From: Myxococcota bacterium
Lineage (GTDB): Bacteria > Myxococcota > XYA12-FULL-58-9 > JALHOP01
Assembly: GCA_022842935.1 (NCBI GenBank)
Contig: JALHOP010000010.1
Coordinates: 4,926 to 68,925, forward strand
DNA: 64,000 bases
Direction of reading: 5' to 3'
Shown: positions 56,564 to 64,000 of the stretch, piece after piece
Layout of the letters: every line of letters starts with the position of its first letter
Position numbering within the stretch: position 1 is the first letter of the stretch
Position numbers and translations under genes: made by a program
The notes under the pieces: model-generated
Databases searched by the model: none
Told to the model about the DNA's origin: nothing
The model's input: only the letters and a program-made list of their open reading frames with translations

Positions 56564-59386
56564 TTGTTCTTCACCATTCGTTCTCACCTTGCCCTGCCGC
56601 TCCTCTTCGTATGCGCTCTGCTCACCGCCTGCGGTGACGAAGACGACGACATCATCGATGACCCGTACGGCGACAGCGACCAGAGGCCCGCCGACGTCGA
56701 CCGCCCGACCGATGGTGATGGTGATGGTGATGGCGACGGGGATACGGACGCTGGAGATAGTAGCGGCGACGGCGACGGCGAGCCGGTGGACAACGACCCC
56801 CCGCCGGTCTTCGGTCTCGACGAGCGTCCGTCACAGCAGACATGCACCGCGTTCACCGCGCCGCCGGTGACCGACACCATCAGTTTCGAAGATCGCTTTC
56901 CGAACATCCGCTTCTCGGGCTCGGTGTCGATGTCACAACGTCCGGGCGACAACGCGCGCATCTACGTCAACGAGCGCGGCGGTCGCATCTACTCGTTCCC
57001 GAACGACCCGACCGCGTTGGCCACTGACAAGCTCCTGGCGCTCGACCTCTCGGACGTGCAGTTCACCGGTTGGGACTGCTCGACAGCGAGCCTGGTCTTT
57101 CCGAGCGACTTCGCGACCTCGCGGGCGGCATACGTTGTCTATTGCCATCAGTTCCCGTCAGGTGGCGGCAATCCGCACATCCAGGTCCGCCTGTCGCGCT
57201 TCTACTCGGACGACGGTGGCTTGACCTTCGAGCGCGCAAGCGAACAGGTCCTCATCGCCATCAACTACAACGAAACGGCGGATCCTGCGGATGCAGACCC
57301 CGGCTACCTGCGCTCGTGCAGCCACACCGTCAACGAGGACGGCTTGCACGCGGGAAACGCCGCTCACTTCGGTGTCGATGGCTATCTGTATTGGGCTGTC
57401 GGCGATGGCGGACCACAAGGGCACTGCGGCGGTAAACAAGCCCAGCACCTGTCGACCTTACGCGGGAAGCTCCTGCGAATCGACGTCTCGGATCTGGCGA
57501 AACAAATCGACCCATCGTTGCTCGGCTTCAACGAGGGCTGGCAATACACCGCCGTCGACGCGCCGCCCGACAACCCATTTTACGGCACGGGCGAAGACCC
57601 GAACCCCACCTACAACATCGAAGCAGGCGTCGTTCAACCGCTCATCTACGCGCGTGGCTTTCGCAACCCCTGGCAGTGGAACTTCGACCCGGCTGACAAC
57701 AGCATCTGGCTTGGGGACGTCGGCAACGGTACCTGGGAAGAGGTGAACCGCAACGTCGTGGCGGGTGGGAACTACGGGTGGGGTTATTTCGAGGGAACGC
57801 ATTGCACGAACGGCTGGGGAGGTGGCGCGAACTCGGAGTATCCCGACGACGGGATGGCGCCTGTCGTGCCTGCGTGTACCGCGTACGCGAACGCGGTGCG
57901 CTGGCCGATGCTCGAGTTGCGCCACTCCGAGTCTTACAACCGCAACGCGACGCCCGAGGCGGCTCGTCTGCCCACGACCATCTACGGACGCGCCATCAGC
58001 GGCGGCCTCGTCTACCGCGGCACGAGTGTGCCGGCGTACACGGGCAGCTACTTCTTCGGCGACTACTCGACGCAGCGTATCTGGGCCATCCGCAATGTCG
58101 ACGCAATCTCAGAAGCGTCGGGCACGGTGTGCGATAGCTCGGCCGACTGCGGCGCCGGCTTGGTCTGCAAGAGCCACGAGCTGCCGTACGAAGATCCTGA
58201 CGGCGCAGGCACGGGCGTCAACGGCTACGACCCCGACATCGTGGGTCCACCTGGAGTCCACGGTCGCTGTGTCGCCGACTACGAGCTCGTCCAGACGGGC
58301 GTTCCAGTCGCTTCGTTTAGCCGCGATCAGGACGGCAATGTTTACGCGGTCATGTTGTTCGGAGCACCCGGCACGGGCAACGGCTGGATCGGGATGCTGC
58401 GCGCGGCACCCGCGAGCGGGGGATCGGGCGGACCGCCTGATCTGCTCTCGGAGACAGGTTGCTTCCAAGTCGCCGACGACGCGGGGACCACCACCGTCGG
58501 CGAGCCCGTCGACGACCTCATCCCGTACAAGCCTGTGGCCGAGCTATGGTCCGACGGCGCAACCAAACGTCGCTGGATGACGGTGCCCGACGCGCTCCAG
58601 ATCACGCTCGATGCGAGCGGCGACTTCGAGTTCCCGCCCGGCAGCGTCTTGGTGAAGGAGTTTAGCCTCTTCGGCCAGAAGATCGAAACGCGCTTCCTCA
58701 TTAGGCAAGTCGCGGACAGTCGCTGGGCGGCCTACACCTACGCGTGGAACGACGAGCAGACCGACGCGACGCTCGTGCCCGAGATTGGAGCCGAGAAGAC
58801 CTGGGGCACCGCGCCCGACGATCAACTCTGGCACTACCCAGGGCGCTCGCAGTGCTTCCAGTGTCACAACACCATCGACAAGGTGGCGTTGGGCCCCGAG
58901 ACCGCTCAGCTCAACAACGACCTGACGTACCCAGCGAGCGGCGAAACCGCCAATCAGATGGCGACGCTCGAACACATCGAGCTCGTCGACACCACCGGTG
59001 ACCCCGCTCCATGGGCGAGTCTTGCCGCGCTCACGGACACCACGCGCAGCGTCGAAGACAGGGCACGCTCGTACCTGCACGCGAACTGCGCGATCTGTCA
59101 CCGTCCTGACGGTCCGACGTTTACGCCGCCAGATCTACGCTATGCCACCGCCTTCGCGGACATGAATATCTGCCAGGCGCAACCCAGTATCAGCGCCATG
59201 GAGGGCGTGATCACGGGAGCGAGCACGTTGCTTGAGCCCGGAGACCCGACACATTCGCAGATCTATATGCGCGCATTTACCGACGATGGCCGCTATCGCA
59301 TGCCACCGCTCGCGACGGAGATTCCGCACACGGTCGCTCTCGAGGTGCTCGAAGCTTGGATCAACGCGGTCACCACGTGCGAGTAG
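56564..59386 (+). CDS. Lipoprotein with a PQQ-dependent sugar-dehydrogenase-like beta-propeller and a C-terminal diheme cytochrome c domain
   Basis: Lipobox LTAC; acidic (DG)n linker; GDGG, GKLLRID, GFRNPW, GDVG, GGNYGW; LWSDGATKRRW; CxxCH twice (CFQCH, CAICH); MPP. Confidence 0.85.
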   Translation: MFFTIRSHLALPLLFVCALLTACGDEDDDIIDDPYGDSDQRPADVDRPTDGDGDGDGDGDTDAGDSSGDGDGEPVDNDPPPVFGLDERPSQQTCTAFTAPPVTDTISFEDRFPNIRFSGSVSMSQRPGDNARIYVNERGGRIYSFPNDPTALATDKLLALDLSDVQFTGWDCSTASLVFPSDFATSRAAYVVYCHQFPSGGGNPHIQVRLSRFYSDDGGLTFERASEQVLIAINYNETADPADADPGYLRSCSHTVNEDGLHAGNAAHFGVDGYLYWAVGDGGPQGHCGGKQAQHLSTLRGKLLRIDVSDLAKQIDPSLLGFNEGWQYTAVDAPPDNPFYGTGEDPNPTYNIEAGVVQPLIYARGFRNPWQWNFDPADNSIWLGDVGNGTWEEVNRNVVAGGNYGWGYFEGTHCTNGWGGGANSEYPDDGMAPVVPACTAYANAVRWPMLELRHSESYNRNATPEAARLPTTIYGRAISGGLVYRGTSVPAYTGSYFFGDYSTQRIWAIRNVDAISEASGTVCDSSADCGAGLVCKSHELPYEDPDGAGTGVNGYDPDIVGPPGVHGRCVADYELVQTGVPVASFSRDQDGNVYAVMLFGAPGTGNGWIGMLRAAPASGGSGGPPDLLSETGCFQVADDAGTTTVGEPVDDLIPYKPVAELWSDGATKRRWMTVPDALQITLDASGDFEFPPGSVLVKEFSLFGQKIETRFLIRQVADSRWAAYTYAWNDEQTDATLVPEIGAEKTWGTAPDDQLWHYPGRSQCFQCHNTIDKVALGPETAQLNNDLTYPASGETANQMATLEHIELVDTTGDPAPWASLAALTDTTRSVEDRARSYLHANCAICHRPDGPTFTPPDLRYATAFADMNICQAQPSISAMEGVITGASTLLEPGDPTHSQIYMRAFTDDGRYRMPPLATEIPHTVALEVLEAWINAVTTCE

Positions 59387-59400
59387 CGCTCAGATAGTTC

Positions 59401-59425
59401 GCGGGGCCCCGTGAAACGGGCCCGC
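59401..59425 (+). terminator. GC-rich hairpin after the dehydrogenase gene
   Basis: GCGGG(GC)CCCGT-GAA-ACGGG-CCCGC, 15 nt after the stop; only a weak U-tract. Confidence 0.4.
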
Positions 59426-59845
59426 GTCGCCGTTTGCTTACTCGGCCCGTGAAGGTTGCGGTCATGAACGTTGGCCTGCTTGTCGCCGAGCCCGCGATGC
59501 AGCCGCTTGTGGCGGTGGATGTCGAGCTCTCCACCCTCTTCGCGAACGGATGACGATCGAGAAGGCGAGACGGACGGATTCTTCACGGCAGCGGCCATTC
59601 CGACGCTCGTGGCGACGTTCAGATCGTCGGTGCCCAACGACGCGCTTCTCGTGGAGACCGAGATCACCCTGACGCCCCTCACGGGGTTGAGTGGTCTGCC
59701 CTTCCCGGGCGGCCTGCTCGCCGGCGTCGACATCGCACCAGACGGGCTCGACCTCGCCGACTTTGTAGCAACGCGCTCGAAGCAGTCGAGGGCATCCGCT
59801 CTTTCGCCCATGGAGCTGCGGCGATGAGGTGGTCAACGGCAGGCT

Positions 59846-62182
59846 TTAGGGCAGCGGAATCGTCGTGCCGTATGTTCCCGTCGATGGGTTCCCGAGCACG
59901 TCGAAGGCGCAGACGCGCCAGCCGACCCTCGTGGTTGTCGGCACGACGAGGCTGCGCTGCGCCGTCGTCGTGAACTGGGTGCCGCCCTCGCACGAAGCGG
60001 GAATCCCCCCGAGCAACGTGGTGACGCGGTAGCCCGCCAGTCCGCTTCCTCCTGGCACGTCCGCTACAGCGGTCCAACTCAACGAGACTGTCTTGCTGCC
60101 CCTAACCACCGCGACCGAAGGCGAAGGCGGTGCCTGCGTGTCGACCAAGATGGTATCGCTCGCGGGCGAAGGCGTAGTGTTGCCGTAGATGTCGCGAAAC
60201 CAGGCGTAGAGCACGCGCGAACCACTTCCCTGCGCGAAGTTCACCGGCACGGTCGCGGTCCCATTGAACGCGGTCCAGTTGGAGCAGGTCGTGGTGCCCG
60301 ATAGACACATGGAGGCGACGCCCGAAGCGTCAGATGCGGTGAGCCGCGCGACAACGGTTGCGGTCTTGCTCCACACGGCGCCTTCAGCGAGCAGCACGGT
60401 GCCAGAAGGTGGGACCGTCTCGGGGACTGGCATCGCGGTGGCAGTAGCACCCGCAGACACGTTCTCGGCCCTGTCGACCGCGCAAACACGATAGCCGTAC
60501 CGCTGGCCGTTGGTAAGTCCAGCATGCACGTAGGTCTTGGCCGTGGTCTCGGCGAGCAGCGTCCCGGCAAAGCAGCTCGCGGGTGCGATGGCGCCATTCG
60601 CAAACACCACACGATAGCGCGCTATGCCGCTCGTCGGGTCGGTCGCGCCGTTCCATGTCAGGGCAACCTCGGCCACCGAACCCACCGCCATGAGCGTGCC
60701 GACGCTCGGCGGCGTCGCGTCGATGGTAACGCTCGCTGTGAGCGGCGAGGCCGTCGTGTTGCCCACGCCGTCCCGCAACCACAAGCGCACCGTCTTGACT
60801 CCGTCTCCTGCGGGAAAGGTTAGCGAGCCTGTCGCCGTGAAGGTCGTGAACGTCGTGCATGTCGTGCCGGTGTTCATGCACATGCTTGCGACACCGCTCG
60901 GGTCCGTGGCGCTGATGCTGTAAGGGACGATACGGCTCTTGGTGAGCTGCTGCCCGAACGCGAAGCTGCCGCTCGGCGGCACGATATCACCCGCCGAAGC
61001 GGCAGCACCGAAGTTCAGGCGTCTGAAAACCCGACGATTGCGCGCGTCGGTCGTCGCGACCCCGGTCACGCTCATCCTGCGCACCGTCTCGGTTGGTGTC
61101 TCGGAAGCGTAAAGCCCGCGAAGCGCAGCGAGCGATCCGGCAACGTGCGGCGTCGCCTGCGACGTGCCACTCATCACGACGCCGCCTCCCGCGATACCAA
61201 CGCCGGGCGCGAGGACAGAGAGAAACGACGCAGAATTCGAGAAGCTCGCGACGGACCCGCTATTGTCGACAGCACCCACCGAGACCGCGGCTGGCGCGCA
61301 GGCGGGCGAGCTGATGGCGTTCGCGTAGCCCGAGTTGCCGGAGGCCACGACCGGCAACACTCCGGCATCGCGCAGGCGCTGCATCGCGACCGCCAGAGCG
61401 TCGGCTGGGCATGGAGCCATGAAGCCGCCGTAGCCTAGGCTGAAGTTTGCCGTCACGATGTTGTAGGCGGCGCGGTTGGCGATGAGCCAATCGATAGCGC
61501 TGATAATGGTCAACGAGGATGCAGTCGGGCCCGCGAAGACGTCGAGCCCAATGAGCCTGGCGCTCGGAGCGACCGCATGAACGATCGCGCTAACGTTGGT
61601 GCCGTGCCTGTTGCCGTCATCTAGCTGGCCATCGCTCGTGGCGAAGTCTCGAACGAGCACAACCGAGCAGCCAGGCGCACCGGCCGACTCGCACGCGCCG
61701 AAGTCCGGGTGGGTGTAGTCGAGCCCGGTATCAACGATGGCCACCGTGACCCCGTCACCGGTCGCGCCACGAGCCTCGGCGACGGGCTGCCCGATGAGCT
61801 CGAGAGGGGCGCTCGACATCGTCGTGTAGAAGCGCATCGGCTCGACGTGCTCGACTGCGCTCATGCGCTCGAGGCGCGTAAGCCCCGCCCTGTCACGTAA
61901 GCGCACGGCCGCGATGGGAAGGTGCTCGCCGACGAATAATTGCTCACCCTCGCCAGCATCCGCGAACGCGGTCGTACGTCGGACGTGCCGGTCTTCGCGC
62001 ATGACGACGATGACATCTTGAGGCTCACCGCGGTCGAGCGCCTCGATGAGCGATTGCCGCTCGGCGGCCTCCTCCGCAGCACGAGCCTCCTCATCGCCAT
62101 TGGCAACGGGTCCACACCCACCAGCGCCCAGCACACACACGCCGACACACAAACCGACCGACAAACGTAGCGTCCGCGTCAT
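59846..62182 (-). CDS. S8 subtilisin-like serine protease (lipoprotein-like) with C-terminal Ig/FN3-like repeats
   Basis: VDTG, HGT, ASGN, GTSQATPH; duplicated (Ig-like + FN3) modules with YRVCAVD / WRVCAFD. Confidence 0.9.
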   Translation of the reverse strand: MTRTLRLSVGLCVGVCVLGAGGCGPVANGDEEARAAEEAAERQSLIEALDRGEPQDVIVVMREDRHVRRTTAFADAGEGEQLFVGEHLPIAAVRLRDRAGLTRLERMSAVEHVEPMRFYTTMSSAPLELIGQPVAEARGATGDGVTVAIVDTGLDYTHPDFGACESAGAPGCSVVLVRDFATSDGQLDDGNRHGTNVSAIVHAVAPSARLIGLDVFAGPTASSLTIISAIDWLIANRAAYNIVTANFSLGYGGFMAPCPADALAVAMQRLRDAGVLPVVASGNSGYANAISSPACAPAAVSVGAVDNSGSVASFSNSASFLSVLAPGVGIAGGGVVMSGTSQATPHVAGSLAALRGLYASETPTETVRRMSVTGVATTDARNRRVFRRLNFGAAASAGDIVPPSGSFAFGQQLTKSRIVPYSISATDPSGVASMCMNTGTTCTTFTTFTATGSLTFPAGDGVKTVRLWLRDGVGNTTASPLTASVTIDATPPSVGTLMAVGSVAEVALTWNGATDPTSGIARYRVVFANGAIAPASCFAGTLLAETTAKTYVHAGLTNGQRYGYRVCAVDRAENVSAGATATAMPVPETVPPSGTVLLAEGAVWSKTATVVARLTASDASGVASMCLSGTTTCSNWTAFNGTATVPVNFAQGSGSRVLYAWFRDIYGNTTPSPASDTILVDTQAPPSPSVAVVRGSKTVSLSWTAVADVPGGSGLAGYRVTTLLGGIPASCEGGTQFTTTAQRSLVVPTTTRVGWRVCAFDVLGNPSTGTYGTTIPLP

Positions 62183-62428
62183 GCACCATGAAAGAGCAAG
62201 AACGACGCCATAGCCTAGCGTTCGGCCGCGTGGCTCCGGGAGACACCGACGCGGGCGAATGACGATACTCTGGGTCACTGGCACCTGCCGAACCGCCGTG
62301 ACCCGACCCCTCGGTTTTCGCGCGTTGCCGGTTCTCCGCGTTAGCGGATCCCGCGTCGCAGGCCACATCCGTCCGACGGCACACCGGAGGTCACGCGCTA
62401 GGGCTTCGTCCGCGCGGCGCTTCGGCGC

Positions 62429-63064
62429 TCAGGGGACCGCGAGTTTCATGCGGTAGAGACGATGGCGCTCGGCCTCTTCTTCGCGGCCGAGTCGTCGCAG
62501 GCAATGCTCGAAGGCTTCTTGCAGATGATCGTCCGTCGGGGAGTTTTTCGCCAAGGCTTCGAAAATTGGGAGTGCCTCACTGGGTTTACCCTCCTCGAGC
62601 CAGGTCGCTGCAATCTGATAGCGGACCTCCCCGTCATCTGGGCTGTGCGTCACGCAGCGAAGGTAGTAGGAGCGTGCTGCGGCCCAGTGACCGCGAGACT
62701 GGCAAATACTGCCGGCGTTGTAGAGCGCGTCCCTATTGCCCGGGTCGTGAGCGAGAACACCCTCGAAACAATCGAGTGCGGCCGCCGTTTCGCGCATGTC
62801 GTGCAACAAGCAGCCCAGCTGCACCATCGTGTTCGCCCATGCTTCGTCACGCGCATCACGGAACAAAGCCAAGGCCCTCTCGAATGCGGCCTTGGCCTCC
62901 TGGTGCTCACCGAGGCGCGCCCGTGCAACACCAAGGTAGTAGTGAATCTTCGGGCGCTCGGGGAACGCCTTGACCGCAGCCTCGAGAATGCTCACGGCGT
63001 CGGCATTGCGCTCTTCACCGAGCGCCGCGAACGCGGCCTGCGCAAACTCCTCGAGTGTCTTCAT
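62429..63064 (-). CDS. TPR-repeat protein
   Basis: About 6 TPRs (HYYLGVARARLG, LYNAGSIC, RYQIAATW); ATG 63064. Confidence 0.85.
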   Translation of the reverse strand: MKTLEEFAQAAFAALGEERNADAVSILEAAVKAFPERPKIHYYLGVARARLGEHQEAKAAFERALALFRDARDEAWANTMVQLGCLLHDMRETAAALDCFEGVLAHDPGNRDALYNAGSICQSRGHWAAARSYYLRCVTHSPDDGEVRYQIAATWLEEGKPSEALPIFEALAKNSPTDDHLQEAFEHCLRRLGREEEAERHRLYRMKLAVP

Positions 63065-63080
63065 GGCGATGAAGGTGGGG

Positions 63081-63917
63081 TCAGGTCGTCGAAACCAGAA
63101 CCTCCGCGACGGGTCCACGGCGGTCGGCACGGCTGTTGATGGCGCGCCGGACGTGGACCGTGTCGACGCGGAAGCCCTTGTACAGCTTGCGGATGAAGGG
63201 GGTGTCCGAGTTCGAGAGTACGGCGTGGACGCCGCGCTCTGCGAGGTCACGGAAGGTCAAGGCCAAGCGCTCCTGATCGTCGGAGGTAAAGCCGCGGTCC
63301 GTGTACGACACAAACGAGGCTGTCTTGGAGGCTGGGTCGTACGGCGGGTCGAAGTAAACGAGGTCGCCGGCACGCGCCCTCTTGACCGTCGAGAAGACGT
63401 CCGAATGCTCGATGACCGCGTCTTGCAGCACGTGCGATACGGCGCGCAGGTTCTCTTCGTCACAGATGGTGGGGTTGTCGTACTTGCCGAACGGCACGTT
63501 GAAGGCGCCCGAGCGGTTGACGCGGTACAGTCCGTTATAGCAGGTACGATTCAGGAAGATCATGCGCGCGGCCCGGGCGGTCGTCGACATGCCCGAGGCG
63601 TCCTGAGCGCGCACCGCGTAGAAGTGCTCGCGCTCGGCGCGGTGACGTCGAAGCGCCGCCAGCACCCGCGGCAGCTCGTCGCGCAACGCGGTGTAGGCCG
63701 TTACGAGCTCGAGGTTCATATCGGCGAGCACCGCCCGCTCCGGGGTCAAGCCGAAGAAGACGGCGCCTCCTCCCAAGAACGGCTCGAAGTAGGTGCCGAA
63801 GTTGTGAGGAAAGCGCGTCAAGATTGTCTCGACGAGCTTCGATTTGCCGCCGGCCCACTTCAGAAAAGGTCGGGCTTTGACGGGCTGGGCTTCTGCGAGG
63901 CGAATGACGCTAGACAT
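63081..63917 (-). CDS. dam: Dam-family (D12 class) N6-adenine DNA methyltransferase
   Basis: KWAGGK, EPFLGGGAV, NGLYRVN, FNVPFG, DPPY, LSNS. Confidence 0.93.
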   Translation of the reverse strand: MSSVIRLAEAQPVKARPFLKWAGGKSKLVETILTRFPHNFGTYFEPFLGGGAVFFGLTPERAVLADMNLELVTAYTALRDELPRVLAALRRHRAEREHFYAVRAQDASGMSTTARAARMIFLNRTCYNGLYRVNRSGAFNVPFGKYDNPTICDEENLRAVSHVLQDAVIEHSDVFSTVKRARAGDLVYFDPPYDPASKTASFVSYTDRGFTSDDQERLALTFRDLAERGVHAVLSNSDTPFIRKLYKGFRVDTVHVRRAINSRADRRGPVAEVLVSTT

Positions 63918-64000
63918 GCTCCGCGATCGTAGGACGCGGAAAAATCGAGAGAAAAAAAGAGGCGGGCGGCCGAAATTTTCACAACGCGAAACGCTTCCGG

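Noticed and set aside
56711-56780. GATGGT short repeats as a contingency locus
   Set aside because: In-frame hexamers encoding a (DG)n linker, degenerate and unable to shift the frame.
53365-63917. tRNA-anchored genomic island or prophage
   Set aside because: No integrase, no phage genes, no duplicated tRNA 3' end noticed, and no obvious compositional shift.

Overview
GC-rich bacterial chromosomal window. Gene content (PilZ, HEAT and Cys-rich lipoproteins, a type III PKS/FAAL cluster, a Haliangium-like BMC-T) points to Myxococcota/Deltaproteobacteria; this is inference. In order, it holds: a PilZ/metallophosphoesterase/HEAT-lipoprotein operon; a lone bacterial-microcompartment shell gene (BMC-T) heading a complete moxR-DUF58-batABCDE operon; a patch of orphan ORFs; an MrfA/MrfB-like helicase/exonuclease pair; a cupredoxin; and a divergent efflux locus (MFP+RND on one side, TolC+MacB-type ABC+sigma54 two-component system on the other) with a shared repeat array and two sigma54-like promoters. 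These are followed by rlmN; RegB/RegA; a DUF892 ferritin-like, nucleotidyltransferase and phosphoesterase trio; an alkylresorcinol/alkylquinone-type PKS cluster; a flavoprotein/4Fe-4S/methyltransferase operon; tyrA; metZ plus a MetX-homoserine dehydrogenase fusion; a LuxR-type regulator; tRNA-Arg(UCG); a sulfotransferase; DUF4846; a PQQ-type propeller/diheme lipoprotein; an S8 protease; a TPR protein; and a Dam-like methylase. No CRISPR array, transposase or integrase was seen. The best candidates for an undescribed system are the BMC-T/MoxR/Bat operon, the component-sharing sigma54 efflux regulon, and a possible RegBA-linked polyketide-quinone redox module. All family calls come from motif recognition by eye, not from database searches.
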